The notes beneath the pieces were generated by a model. The model saw only the letters and a list, made by a program, of their open reading frames with translations. It searched no databases and had not been told where the DNA came from. A program made the translations under genes and the position numbers. DNA of 62,847 nt, counting the filler, from Catajapyx aquilonaris (lineage: Eukaryota): NCBI GenBank assembly GCA_000934665.2. It is 2 parts of 2 records of this genome, joined end to end, with 100 filler letters (N's around TTAATTAATTAA, not from the genome) between each part and the next. Parts side by side here need not be neighbours in the genome. Positions count along the whole stretch, not along the records: positions 31,553 to 62,847 come from JYFJ02004545.1; 1 more part is not named here. One strand, written 5' to 3'. Positions 35,304 through 49,020 of this stretch are shown here, piece by piece (position 1 is the stretch's first letter; each line of letters opens with the position of its first letter).

Positions 35304-38300
35304 TACACAACGACAGATTGATTCGGTCCTGGGTCGCTTTATTATGTGAAGCTACCAGTCATGCCATAAACATGCCGTGTCGTCTCCTCAACGCTTCTTT
35401 CACGGTAATCTTCGTATTATGTGTTACACGTAATCCTACACCCCAATTCTTATTGGTCGGATATAATACGGGGCCGCCCTCGCCGCGCTCTTTACACACA
35501 GCTCTATCTAGCTTATGTGGAATCTGAAACTTACTAAAATTTTAGCTGATGGAATTATGCTGATCCTTCGTGTTGGATAGCGCTTCATTTAGGGTGCCCA
35601 AGAATCATCTACTTTAGAATAGCCTCCGCGGAAGGTTACCCTGGAAACTAGCCCTAATTGAGGGCAATCAGAGGTAATGAAGCGCTGATGAGCACCATCG
35701 AGGACAAGCAACCGGTAATAAAAGGGAGGGGGAGGAGGAAAGGAAGAGCCGGAGAGAGAGTGAGAGAGAGGATCAAAAAGAAAAGAAATAGGCTAGATCA
35801 TTACACTCCAAAAGTGGCTTCCGATGATGCCTGAGCACTTTGCCAAACCACACAAAGTTCTGCGCAGGCAAGCACGACAGCTACAATGTTATTCAGACAT
35901 AAGGTACATTTTCACATACACTAATCCTACTCACTTTACATGCATTGTAATTATTTTTTCTCTCCTAAATAAATGAAGAGTGACCTGGTGGTATTGCATG
36001 AAATATTCAACCTGTATAGTTCCAGAATACTTCTACCGCTTCACTGATGCCATGGCCCAGACAAAAACAGCGACACAAAAAAGGTGCACTCTTCTCTATT
36101 TAGCCCGTAAAATAATGTTCAGGGAAATAGGAAGAGACAGAAACAACTCTTAAACGCAATTAGGACTCAAGTGGTTCACTGGCCAAAAACTTTGAACCCA
36201 GTGATCATGTGGCCATGGGCGTAAATATCTGGACCGAATAGCAACCGGAGCCCACGCACGCACACAAACACACACAAACAAGGATAAATGCATGCACTAT
36301 TCAGGCGGGGACATCCCTTTCCCGAAATTCCCCAGGGATCACGTCGTTTGAAATTGCAGAGGGCTGGGGGGGAGGGGGAGAGGGAGAAGAGGGGGTAGGG
36401 AGGCAGAAAGCAGGCACATATAGCGATCCTAAATAATTCCTATTTACTACCCCGAAATTCGGGCCTTCTTGACATTGTGTGAGCCCCAGCCCATGTCGTC
36501 CCGATAAAACGTTCTTTCTTTCGCATTATACGACCCAGTTATTGCCCCCATTTGAATGTTTCTGCCACGCCCGCCTCCTCCCCTCTCGGCTTCCAGCAGG
36601 TGAGGAAATGAGCGTAAAAAACATTCCGAGAAGAGTCCAAATACCAATTTAAGTCACCAAAAGACCAAATAAAAATGTCTCCGAAACCCGGGAATGAGCT
36701 CAAAGTGATGCAAAAACCTTTCTAACAAATTTGGCAGGTAGTGCGATGAGTATATTTTGTAGCATATCTGCGCTATCGCCCGGTGAAGTCCATTCACTCC
36801 TAAAAATTTGTAAGCAGCCAAAAAGTCATTTTGTACCATCCCTGGAATGTAAACAAATGCATCTTTGCCTATTATTATCTTGAAGCCTGTTTTTTGGACT
36901 TTGTAAATTTCACTTGTGCAGCCACACGACATGGCTTCTTTACATGCTTGATCCCTTTAAAACATTTAAAATATCCTCTGATCGATACCGCACGTCTCAT
37001 ACATAACTTGATCTGACGGTTCTATTTTTGCCTAGTGAAAGTGCCAGATTTTTTTCTAATTTGGTAAGAGTTTTAGTGGGTTTTTCCCATGGTGGTGAGG
37101 GTTTTTCCGTAATATTCCTGTCGACGTCCAGTCACTAGGTACCGGTAGTCTTATTAGTGGCTGTAGCGACAATTCTGTCTTGGTGACGTCTCTGCCAGAG
37201 TGATAGAGATTTTCCTGCTGTTTAAACCGCTCAACTCCAACCCGTTAGAGTCAAACCAGCAGGACATTCCATAAAATCGCCATACAAACCAGAGAGCACA
37301 GGGTGTACACAAAAATGAAAAAGGTTACGGTGGGCTTTCGGGTTGTTCCAACGTTCCCCCCTCCTCGCGAGTGTCACTCTCCTTACTTTATTGCGATTTT
37401 TACTACAGGAATTTAATTACGCCTCCAGTGCAACGTCCCTTTTGGGAACTTGAAACTGCAAAGGTAGGGGGTAATATATTCGCACGGGGGCGATCATTTG
37501 CGTAGATAATAATCCGAGAGGGTTATCATGGTTGGAATTAGGCCCTCAGGTGACTATAGCCTGTTGTCCCAATCCCCGGTGGGTACAGATCTGAAGCAGG
37601 TTTCTCCCTATTATCGAGATTCGGAGCACGAATTATGAAAATGGAGCGTTATGGTCGATAATCAGACCGGTTACGGATCCGGTAAATGCAACATCGGGAA
37701 GAAGTGCAGGGTCTTTTCATTTTGATGGAGGCTATACCGACAGAATTATTACAGAAAGGGGAAGCAAATCGGTGGAGATCTGAAATACGGAAAACCAACC
37801 ACATATTCCAGTCCATCTTTACTGCTTTATGGCACAGCCGTAAAAATGGTATTTCCTCTATATCGTACACTATACAGGACATGTCGGAAGATGAGAAGAC
37901 CTCAGCATTTGACATCATAAAATAACGCGTACTGTACATATTCGCTGCGATTTTCCCACAGAACTCGCAACTTTACCTTAGAATTTAATGGCAGCAAAAT
38001 GGGGCAAAAATATGTACTACATCAACGCAATAAATTGTTGCAGATTAAAAAACGATCTTTCCTAAGAAGCTGCAGCAGCAAAATAACATACGTCCACATG
38101 ATGGCAACAAGCATGAGACTATGCAATTCAACCCAACCAGTTGACAGTAAATAAATTCACTGGGCCTGTCGTATTCAATATGCTGTGGCTTCCAGTTAAA
38201 GCGATAAACAAGTGAGAGCGCAAGGATGTTGCCAACAGGCATAGCAAGAGGCATAGAATCATAGTAACCCGGATGCATGCTTTAAAAAGCTCGGGCTATA

Positions 38301-39379
38301 AAAGCTTTATAGTACAATTAGGCTGGTCATTAGCTGCGAGAATTCACGTAACAATTTAGTCCACAGCTATTGGCGCGCTGTAAATTTCATACAGCCACAT
38401 TCTTACCTTTGCTAGTAAATACAAATCCTAATATATTGCGTGCATTATCTCATCTCTTAAAGTCCTCCTACATTAGGCATAATTGCTCCAAATGGGTACA
38501 AGCAGGGTATTATAACGTATGATCCCCGCGACCATTGCCACAATGTGCTGTTGTTATCTCCCATTGCATTATAGAGACATTCAAGTCTTTATATGTGCGG
38601 GGCCTTAATAGCATCTCTTGCCAACAATGCGACCCCAAAATTCTTGCCCGGACTGTGAGCATGAGCAAAAAGCATGCAACAAAGCCAATTAGGAGGCTCG
38701 CTAATCCCATTCCGTTCGAGTGTGTTACATCACCAAGTTGAACAAGGATTTACCTCCGCTCCATGAAATTCAATTACTCTTTATAAATTGAGTTTTATAC
38801 CCCTACAAGTTCCCCCATCACCCCCCGGTTGCCCAAGATGGCGGATGTGGAACACAGAGTCAAAACTCACTTAACCCTCGTGCTTAACCGGTAATAATAG
38901 CGACAAGAGGTGGGCTTATTCACCATGCACTTGATACCACGCTGCATGGACCGTCTCATAAAGCTTCCGAATCGTGTACACGATACGCTTTTCTTCACTT
39001 CAATACAACAATATGACTGTGCAATTCAGGAGGCAGGTTCAACATGTTTGAAAAGGTCCTCTCATCATTATACCTGAGTGAAGCGACATGTCCAGCAGGT
39101 GGTGTAGGCCATATACATTATTTTATGCTGCCTATACATGGTGAGTCATAATTGCTTGTCACAGGTTATATTAGCCCAAAACATGTTTAAACTGTAGGAG
39201 GTGATAATTTTTTAGCCTTGGAATGATATAAAAATGTACAGTAGGAACGGGCTTGGTGGGTGTGGCCAGAGTGGGTGGTCATAATGGCTGGTTCTAAATT
39301 GCCTATATCTCCCATGCAGGCTGAAGTAGACTGCTCCGATGTGACATTGCTCAATTATTTTCCCGGAGCTCACTGTATG

Positions 39380-39761
39380 CAGGGTGTTCCCGAATTCATC
39401 TGACAAAATGATGCGGGTGGTAGGGTGTGCGTAGGATAGAGGCATGGCATGGGCCAGAACGGTCGTCGACGCTACGTCTGTGTCTAGGAGATGTCGACCT
39501 TTGACATCCACGTCCATCCTGACAAGTATGGATACCCCCGTACATGCCTGCGTTGCTGGTTTCCGGAATCAGGCAGTATTTGGAATGGTCTGGGGGGTGC
39601 GAGCACCTGACTCTGGCAACCAGCAATGCAGGCATGTACGGGGGGTATCCATATTTGTCAGGATGACATCGTCGCCGGTCTTTCGGGCCCGTGCCAGGCT
39701 TCTTCCATGCGCATTTCCTACCGCCCGTATCATTTTGGCAGAAGAATTCGGGAACACCCTG
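39380..39761. mobile_element. Tc1/mariner-like palindromic MITE
   Basis: CAGGGTGTTCCCGAATTC.. / ..GAATTCGGGAACACCCTG|TA, with long imperfect inner arms. Confidence 0.82.
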
Positions 39762-39818
39762 TATAGTGGTGATGCAGTACAGTAGGCCTCTATAGTCTAT
39801 CTATACTATAGGTCTACC

Positions 39819-40086
39819 GGGCGACACGGTGGCCGAGTGGTTAGCGCCGCAGCCTTCCACCTCCTAAGGTCCCGAGTTCGATCCCCGGGTCGGACGGAGG
39901 ATACTTATGTGGATAGAGTTTCGATGGGTTCTCTCCGTGTTCGCGTGGGTTTTCTCGGGGTTCTCCCGTTTCCTCCCACTATCAAAATCCATCACATTAC
40001 ATGCAAATGATTAAAGTCGGTCAATTAAAAGATGATCCCCTAAGAGGCCCAAGGGGCCTATCACGGGGTATCCATTATTATTTATT
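39819..40086 (+). mobile_element. Full-length tRNA(Gly-like)-derived SINE (family 1) with V-domain-like core
   Basis: 15-bp TSD TACTATAGGTCTACC (39804-39818, 40087-40101); box A/B; nearly identical to 57005-57265. Confidence 0.93.
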
Positions 40087-40355
40087 TACTATAGGTCTAC
40101 CTTACAGGAATCTCTCATGTGAGGAGAGACTTCGACTAAACTATATCCAAGGACAGGTTAAAATTAAAGCTTATGGAAATGTGTCGCATGACATGTTATT
40201 GATGGGACAAAGATCGACTGAAATTGACTCATTGGACGTCCGTAATTCTGCATTGTTATATGGTTGCCACAGGTAACCATGCTTCCGATCAATTTGTTGA
40301 TGGGACCGTCTGTAAATAGTAACAGCAGCTGTAGTTTTGCCGTGTTTTGTACTGA

Positions 40356-40686
40356 TTTTTTTTCATTACCCCACGGGGGGAGCTATCTACTCCTTAAGGG
40401 GGGGTGGATTACCACCATTGGTATTTATTTGGAGCGTGTTAAGAGAATCTTATTAGTTACTCCAAGGGTTGGTAAGAGGGGATGTGCAAAGTGCATGTGC
40501 GCTGTCGTTGAGTGGTCATTTTGTGAACTCCCCCGGGTGGATTAGTCTTTAGGAAATTTCCACCCGAAATGAAGCCAGAGATGGCCCAACTCTGCACGGA
40601 TAAAGGTGGGAACCCCGGGTGGGGATTGAACCCGGGACCTTCATATCCGTGGGCGCACGCGTTACCGCGACGCCACTTCATCTCCC
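40356..40686 (-). mobile_element. Full-length tRNA-derived SINE (family 4)
   Basis: 13-bp TSD TGTTTTGTACTGA (40343-40355, 40687-40699); GTGGCGTCGCGG..GGTTCAATCCC head; A-rich tail. Confidence 0.85.
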
Positions 40687-40993
40687 TGTTTTGTACTGAA
40701 TATTATACCCTGTCTAGCACACTCCGCGTACCTGCCACTTTGTCAGTGTTATTTAATGCATGATGGCTAGACCATTAACTGCAAGAGCTTTACCATTTCT
40801 CACTTCTGTACATATTTTCGACCCATCGAGCAATAAAGCGTTTTCCGCTAGGGTTCACATTCCGCTGCATATGTTTGTGTCAGACACTCCCGCGGTGTAT
40901 TTGATTTCCTACGCACATGGCTTATAGTCATTTTTCCACTCCGACTTCAGAACCTACTTTTTTGTACCAAAATTTTCGCCAAGTTGATGATAA

Positions 40994-42145
40994 CACTATG
41001 CAACACGATATTTGTCCATGAAAATTTATTGCTATTTCCATGTTCCTTAGGTCATTCGTAACTCATAATGACCATTCATTTTGTCATCGATTTGTTTTTG
41101 ACCTCGGGGCAATCAAAAAACCAAAATCCTCAAATATAGCAGTTTCAGTTTTCCCAATCAAGTGGGCCTAAATGTTGCTAGACCATCTCGGTTTTTTCTG
41201 AAAATAATCACAGCTGTACACACCTATGCCGTAACACGGCATATCAAGTTTCAGCCAAATTTCGAAATACCGTGGGGAGGGGAAAAAATCGCGAAATTTT
41301 GAATATTTGACTTTTTTTGGATAATTTTTTCGGTTATAGGAAGTGGTCAAAACCCAATCAACATATACATCAAATGAAGGAGAAACGCAAGTAGAATGCA
41401 CCTATGGAATTTGCTTTCCTCGAAAATGCACTCAGAAAAACATGTGTGGCATTTCATAAGTCACATGTCCAAGAATTTGGCTCCATTAAAATTAATGGTA
41501 ATTCAGCAAACATATCTATTATTTTCTCGCGAGCGGTGCATGACTCAGGATTGAAATTTACCGTATTGAATCCTGAGTGGATCACAACTCCTGTCACCAA
41601 ATATGGCTGCTCCTACGCAAATGCATCACTAATTGTTGGGGTCTAAACACTTGGACATTTTACTGAGCATGTGACCGATGGAATGGCATACATGTTTTTC
41701 TGGGTGCATTTACGAGAAAAACAAATTCCATGGGCGCATTCTATTCGCGTTTCCATTTCATTTGATGTATATGTTGATTGGGTTTTGACCACTTCCACTA
41801 ACCGAAAGAAATTATCCAAAAAAGGGCCCATTTTCAAAATTTCGCGATTTTTCCCTCACCGCGGTATTTCGCAATTTGGCTGAAACTTGATATGCAGTGT
41901 TACGGCATCTTAGGTGTGTAAAGTTGTCATTATTTTCAGAAAAATCCGAGAAGGTCTAGTAACATTTAGGCCCACTTGATTGGGGAAAACCCCTATATTT
42001 GAGTATTTTGGTTTTTTGACTGCCCCGAGGTCAAAAACAAATCGAAGGCAAAGTGAATGCCCATTATGAGTTACTTGTGACCTAAGGAACACGAAAATGA
42101 CTATGAATTACCGTGGGCAAAAAAGTCAAATTTTTTTGCATAGTG
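40994..42145. mobile_element. 1.15-kb foldback non-autonomous DNA transposon, CMC (CACTA/Chapaev/Transib)-like ends
   Basis: TAA|CACTATGCAA..TTGCATAGTG|TAA; ~480-500 bp imperfect arms and a ~170-bp spacer. Confidence 0.85.
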
Positions 42146-42689
42146 TAATCACAAGTCATCGATTAGCAACAACAGACGATTTTATAGTTCCTCGACCTTC
42201 CTAGTTAGCAAGCAGTAGGCTCTTTCCTCGACTGAGAAAAAATGGTTTCTGCATAACTGTAGGGCCTAAACAGTAACCAGACTCCGAACACATGACATCA
42301 CTTGATAGCTTTATATAATGAAGGTTGACTAGACGTAGGCATTGTTCTCGACGGAAATGGCAGCCGCAGCTGAAATAGCGTCAGCATTCATCGGAACGAC
42401 AGTCGAGAACAACGCCCGTGTTGGGCTGGACCAAGAGTGGTCTTGTGGTTTTTGCTTAAGATCCGGTTCTGGGATATCATAATCAAGGGCATTGAGGCTT
42501 GACCCACTGAGACCGATTCGACCTTTGAGTCTGGTTTATTATTGGTAAATAGTTCTGAACAGAGGGAGAAGGACCGGAATGTTGGGTTCCTTCTGTTTGT
42601 ACTGGAAGTTGGGCCCATCGTCGGTGCGGGTCTGATTGATATAGTTGAATTGGGCAGTGTCGTAGCGGCCCTCAACACCGTCTACTTCA

Positions 42690-43400
42690 ATACGGGGGTC
42701 AAGTCTACGGAAGAATGTCGAGAATGATGGCGCACAAACGGTGTTGATGACCAAATTTCTGAGATTTCTGCGAGCAAAAGTTGCAGGTAGTCTGAGGCAA
42801 GGGGTTTTGCGGACGTGACATGGAGACCGGCCGTGATTTAGCCTGAGTTTAGCCGGAGGGCCCCCATCGGGATGAAAATTTACGGTCTTCTATTACCCAC
42901 GTATCAGATCCGAACGTGTCGGGAGCCATTTGGGTCCCTCTTCATCCCCAACAGCCCCCCTCCTCTGCTAAAGGGATCAAGTCGTCTAAGAAGCGGAAGC
43001 TGGCGGACTTGCTCACCTCTCTTTTCATGTCGGACGCATGCAATCCTATCTCCAACTATTGGACTCCACCCACCTACCCCCTCTCTCGCTTTTGTGTGCC
43101 CTTCCCTCTTTGGCTCCATCCCCACTCCCCTTACCTCCTCGCTTTCCTTTCGCATCGCATGCAGATTTCAGGATGATGGAAAATCTCTTAGGTTAAGAGC
43201 GACCTGGCCTCCACTCCAGAGGAAAAGGTTCGAACCATCACATTATTATCTTTGGTCACCCGTCACTGTGCTGGATAAGTTGTTTTGAACGTTGGGGCAC
43301 TCGCTACATCCACTAGATGGGGTTGTTTGCGAGTTGGATTTTAGCCGGTAGATGACATTGATGCAGGGGTGTTGGGAGGCTTTGAACTGTGTAATGGGTG
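42690..43400 (-). pseudogene. Degenerate non-LTR retrotransposon ORF1 (gag-like) relic
   Basis: Frameshifted pieces in the expected order: RVTKDNNVMVRTFSSGVEARSLL, PAKLRLNHGRSPCHVRK, TTCNFCSQK(SQK)FGHQHRLC (CCHC-like knuckle). Confidence 0.45.
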
Positions 43401-46400
43401 TTGTGGCAGCCTCAGTGGACCTCAGTGGAGGCTAAGATAAATAAACAGGTTATGTACACTACAACCGATGTTGACTTGGACCACTGTGGTATCAGAGATG
43501 ATGACCTCCAAGGCTGTTGCGGCGTCATTGACATTGGGACTCACCAATCAGTGCTTGCCACGCAACAACAACGGCGGCTGGCTCTGATTGGTACACCCCA
43601 AACGACATCCGTGTGAACCCAGTCGAACATAACGATGCAGCAAATTCAGGCTTGAACTATATAATATTTATCGCTATACTTCAGTCAATCTGAGGTAGAA
43701 TAATTGTGGCCACAATGCTGTAATGTCCCTTTATGGCAGCTGCTTTGCGTTCTCGTGTTACTACCGAGGAGCAGCGCTTGTTAGCTTATTGAACGACGAG
43801 AGGAAAGGAGGATTATTATAGGAGATAGCGTTAATACTTCAGCGATAAAGGGCAGAAATGGGCAGGGCGGCTATCGTTTTTCATGGCCGGGAATAAATCC
43901 TTTACAGGCTATTCGAAGGGCATTAGACTATGTGGGCAGCGTGACCATCATCGGGTCATATTGGTGCCAATCTGATGTGGGAGGCGTTCAGATTTGGACT
44001 TCGCCATGGGTTGCTTTTGTGTCCACACTAGTAAAAAATAGGAACACGTAGATGTGTATGGTGGCCCCAAGCAGCAGAATGTTCTAGCTGCACGGTTTTG
44101 GTAGAAGTATTTCTTCATTTCTGATTATTATTTTTTGCTTGTCTCTGCAATTTTAATAATATTTAATCAACAGGCGGCGCCTGCAATTATAAACCAAGAA
44201 ATACCACGAAAAGCATTCCAATTACAAACGTGTATTACGCTAGAGCTGAAGTTATGTGGCCTATTGCTGAAAATTACTCTAGCTTTACTAATTGCTTTAT
44301 AAAACCCTTTGTAATTCATATACTCGAGAGTTGACAGAGTATATTAAGCTCGTTAGAGGTGTCAATCAGAATCGAGGGCACATTGCAGCAGATGACAGCT
44401 ATTCTTTCTCAACTTGAAAACAGTGGCGCAGCCCTGTACTGTACCAGAAGCATTGCGTCAAAACATGCTTTGGACATACGACACTTTCTCACGGCCCGAT
44501 ACTGATTTAATGACTCGTGTTGTGGGATTAGTCAGTTTAATGGTACCATTACGCATTGCGAAAGTCGAACTTTTTATAGAGATAGGTATGCTATGCAGTC
44601 TTGACACATTGTGGTCACGGTATTTTTTCCCTTGAGTTACAACCTGACCTTCGCAAATAAGATTACATGCACGGGACCTGTTCCTGTCAGGCGGTGTTTG
44701 TTTTTCTAGCACCTTTCTAACTAAAAGGTTCGCACATCCGTCATGATAATTACAGGTCAGTTGGTTCACTCCCACCTACGTGCCTTCAAAGGTCTAGGCT
44801 AACGTAATTCAAATACATGTTTCCCTCCTATACGGAGATCATGTAGGCGCAGTTTGGGCGGAAAACGTTGCACGAAATTGCCCTTTCCCAATGAAGCATG
44901 TTCCTCAAAATGTGTCCACTGGCCTCTTTCGTCACTTTATGTTCGCAAGTTTGGATACCTTGCACCTACAGGCTAATGGTTTATAGGGCGTCGCTAATAA
45001 ATGAAAGGCTGCAAATGAGATGTAAATCATGCATGCTATTGAAACGGTTATAAAATACGCCACTTGTTGTCAAACTTGCGTCTCATTATTCTCTCCTGGG
45101 GCTTGCACTGAAATATTGGTTGGGCAGAAAGTTAATAACATTTGCACTGTACATGATGAAAAGGCATGACTTCAAAGGCTATGATCAAAATAGGTGAAAA
45201 GGGGTCCAGAAGCACTTAGGTGTAAAGAAAAATTCCACTTTCATTTAAAAACTTCACTTTGAGAGTTTTTCTGTATGTGGTTGGGAATTGCCCCTTTAAC
45301 AGATTTTATTCGTTATTTTATTTAGGGGCAAAATTACGACATTTCCAATAATACGGAATTGTGCACAGTTTACGGTCTCGAATAGAACGGTTTTTGTCGT
45401 ATTGTCCGTAGGCTGTAATTACTGTAGCTCCATAATAGGCTATGCATTCCGGGTCGCAGTTTGATAATACCATATTGGTATAGTGCAATGGTAGTTAGGA
45501 GGACCGCAAGCAAAATCGTGAAGCACAAAAAGTGCAGATCTGGTATGATTGCAATTTGAAGTTGGGATTTGATTCCAAGAAGCCATACCTTGTGCCATGT
45601 TTTTTGGGGGTCGAAATGCAAAAGGCGACTTCCCCTGCTCCCAATTCGGAACCGAAGGGCCTGTACTTAAAAATCTGATTTGGCCGAAACGACGCCGTGG
45701 AACAAGCCTCGATAAAACTGGAAAAGTGATCGTTACGAATTTGTTTTCTCCATTCGCAGCCGTCAGGAATGAGATTTCTCCGAATTTCGGCCTCCCTTCC
45801 CGTACCCGACCCACCGGAAATATGGGACACTGCAGCCTTTTTCCTGTACCAGAGTGTCCATAAAATATTGCTGTTGGACCATAAAGGCGGTTCTGGAATA
45901 GGGGGTCTGCATTAATGACCAGGGCCGACTGTAGCAAATTGTTCGCAAGACGAAATAATAGTTACCTGGAGCTCGCATCCAGCTCATCTATGCTAAAGTC
46001 CGCAGACTGACACTAGAATATGCTTTTTAAAATATATATCTCATTTTATGTATGGAATAACTGTGTCACTGGAGAGGTCATATTATGCCGGGTCATCCAG
46101 TGCTTTATCACAGCCTATAAAGGAGCAGTTGCAGTAAAATCGTCTAAATAAGGGAGTTAGATTTTTGTGAGATTGGTCACTACAGTTGGACTAATTAACT
46201 GGAATCATTAATTTTGTTTATTCGCAGTCTAGAATATTGTTTCGGTTCGCATTAACGAGAGTTTCATATTGTGGTGGAGGAAGCATCTGTTTTAGGCAAG
46301 ATCTCTGTGCGAGCATGTAATTGGCTAGGTACAACTTGGTCCAACTTTGGAAGAGGAATCTAGTACGCTATGTGGTTGTGAAAAGAGAGGCAAGTTCTCT

Positions 46401-46719
46401 GGCGTGCATCTAGAGAGGGAGCCTTGTGTAGTTTTCATGAGTCGTCAGACCTTTTTGTATAGTGCATCCATTACAGGGATTGCAGTGCCCTCATCACTAG
46501 ACTGCGACTCAGCCTGAATTGCGCTGCCAACTCGATAGTCTTTTGCGACTACTTTGTAATTCTTTGCCTGCTATTTAGATGTACATTTCCGGGGTTATTC
46601 ATTAATATCATTATATTGGGATGCGCTTTTAGTAAATTATGGCACATACATCGCCTCAGGAGTAATCATTTCGGTGTTGCTAAACCTCGATTTTTCTGCT
46701 TTTGAAACTATAAGACATA

Positions 46720-47016
46720 TACAGACATATTTATTATTGTTATTTTTTATTTATCGTACCCCGTGCTAGAGCCTTTGGCTCCCTTAGGGGGGTGGATTAC
46801 CACCATTGGATGGGACCAGGGATAGGGAAGGAAGGAAGCGGCTGTGGCCTATTTTTACGGAAACGACCCCGGAATTGTCCTGGGGGGGACCATGGAAAAC
46901 CACAGAAAACCATAGTCAGGGTCGCCGGCAGCGGCCGCCCCGGGATTCGAACCCAGGATCTCCCGATTAGCAGGCGGGCTCCTTATCCCCTGTTGCCCTA
47001 CACCAACCTGCTTCGG
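46720..47016 (-). mobile_element. tRNA-derived SINE (family 3, short form)
   Basis: 11-bp TSD TATAAGACATA (46709-46719, 47017-47027). Confidence 0.88.
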
Positions 47017-47381
47017 TATAAGACATAATATGCGAGTACAGTACATATACCTGAGGCATTCCACGTCAAGCGGGCCACCTTCCGACAGATCTTTGAGGAC
47101 CTTGACCAAATCATTAAGATAATTGTGTCTACAAGTTTTCGAGTTATTGGGTTTAATCCGTAAATGCATTTTCCCTCTATTGCCACAGACGGGTAGGTTG
47201 AAAATGTTCAACAAGTAGAGGCCCAAACTGCCTAACCGGCTTAAGTGATATCACAATGTATTGATTTATTTTTAAATAATTGATAATTGATAATAATCAT
47301 AATCATCAAAATCATCATTAAAATGTGGTGCATCCACATTAGTGACATTACAATATTACATACTAAGGAAAGGGTCAAGCA

Positions 47382-47384
<3 letters not shown>

Positions 47385-47433
<49 letters not shown>
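47385..47433. repeat. (CT)n microsatellite
   Basis: About 24 CT units. Confidence 0.95.
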
Positions 47434-47436
<3 letters not shown>

Positions 47437-49020
47437 GTATAATTATTATCACCACAATGAAATTATTGAAAGTGCCAGAAATAATATACTCAAAGATTAT
47501 GGGAACTTTGGACAACCTGTATTTTTCTGGAACACTAATGAGACATGACGTCCTGGACACTGGACAGTCCACCGTTTTGAGCACAGGGCGCAACCATAAA
47601 TAGGATATAGGGCTTACTGTTCAATACCTCCCTGTAGAATATCTCGGGAACAAGTAGGGATGAGGCACACACTTGGTGCAAAAATCAGAATGTGAAGCCC
47701 TTCTGGCACTAGAATTGAGTGTATGGTACGTTAAATTCGGGCAAAGCAGAAGGGGCCCAGGGAAACCATTCGAAAGCCGGCATTTGGACGGTGGGGGGGA
47801 GGGGGGGGACTGGGAGGAATGATACAAACCAGGCTACAAGGGATAGTCATAAATAATTCAAATGACCGCACCTGTTGAAGTCTTGGTCACAGCTGACACC
47901 CCATAATGCGGTAGCGGAGTCGACAATAGACGAGAGCCCTACCCCCCGCCTGTGGAGTTCTGACGAGCACAGCTGCCGGAACACTCTTCCGCGACCATTT
48001 CACCCCAAGCCCGCTGACTCGTAAGGAATCTCCTCCATTTTAATGGAAGTTGTTCGTGTGCTGCTACTATTTCCCTGCGCTTGCGCTCAAGAATATTGTC
48101 TTATGTTAGCCCAGGTTATACAATTGGTGGACAGGGAGCAGGCTATTGCTCGCGGGATTTTGAGGCTGCCTTTTATTATTGGAGCATGAAATATAAATCC
48201 AGCATACTTTGATCCACTTAGCATATATCCCTTTCTCAGAACCCTGTCATTCTGCACTTCCACTCCAGCTCGGAATCGACCCATATAAACTATATCAAAA
48301 ATTACATATGTTATATATTTATGACAAGGTTCATTCGGGTTCATTCCAAATAACGGGGGAAATGCACATGAATTGATTACCTTACAGTATTTGATTATGG
48401 TAACCATATGAATATTTCATACGCTTTTTAGTAGAAAATGTTACAAAATTAAGATTAAAGAGTGTGGGTATGGGGCAGAGGTATTGTTCCAGTATAACAT
48501 ATACCATCAGAGTTTCCCAACGTTCGGTACCATTATTAAAACTTACAGTAATTTGAATGTCAGGGTGTATGATTTCACAAAATAATATTGTTGACGATCA
48601 TTATGAGCAGTTAGAGAAGTTAGGATACATTCCACCTTTCCAGAAACTATTACAGTATAATTATACTGTAGTGTGCTTCTATCGGTTGAATAAATCATCA
48701 TGGTATGTATGGATGACTATCAGGTATTCTCTCTCCACGATTTTCTTATGATTTATAAGTAGTAGTACTCTATATAGCTGTTCTCAGGACCACTAGATTC
48801 CTGAGTTGAAAGGAGGGAAAGACATATACATAGACTACTTGTATACTATAGTATAGTCAGAGTGGCCAAGACGCGTTTTCCCTATTCTGAATCTTTTCTC
48901 CATAATAGCAGTGATATAATTATGAAGTGAAATAATAAACAAATATAACCTTAAAGAGATCAATGACATTGATAAATTGATGAAATATAGATTAGTCTAA
49001 CTGTGTCAAATCATACCCAG

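Noticed and set aside
36447..38278. Cluster of 60-96 aa ORFs
   Set aside because: No motif, repeat boundary or consistent exon chain recognised.
39819..39893. tRNA-like sequences at SINE 5' ends (also 49023, 51516, 57005)
   Set aside because: They continue into SINE bodies with tails and TSDs and lack clean cloverleafs; not functional tRNA genes.
41168..41883. Paired ORFs sharing the peptide FDVYVDWVLTTS
   Set aside because: Artefact of the two arms of the 40994-42145 foldback element.
40994..42145. ProtoRAG/Transib assignment from the CACTATG heptamer
   Set aside because: No 5-bp TSD and no RAG-like ORF; kept only as CMC-like.
45440..45937. ORF with a Walker-A-like string (AIFYGHSGTGKR), suggesting a viral or Polinton ATPase
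   Set aside because: Lacks the S/T after GK, has no Walker B or other motifs in any frame I read, and no flanking viral genes; likely chance. An HMM search would settle it.
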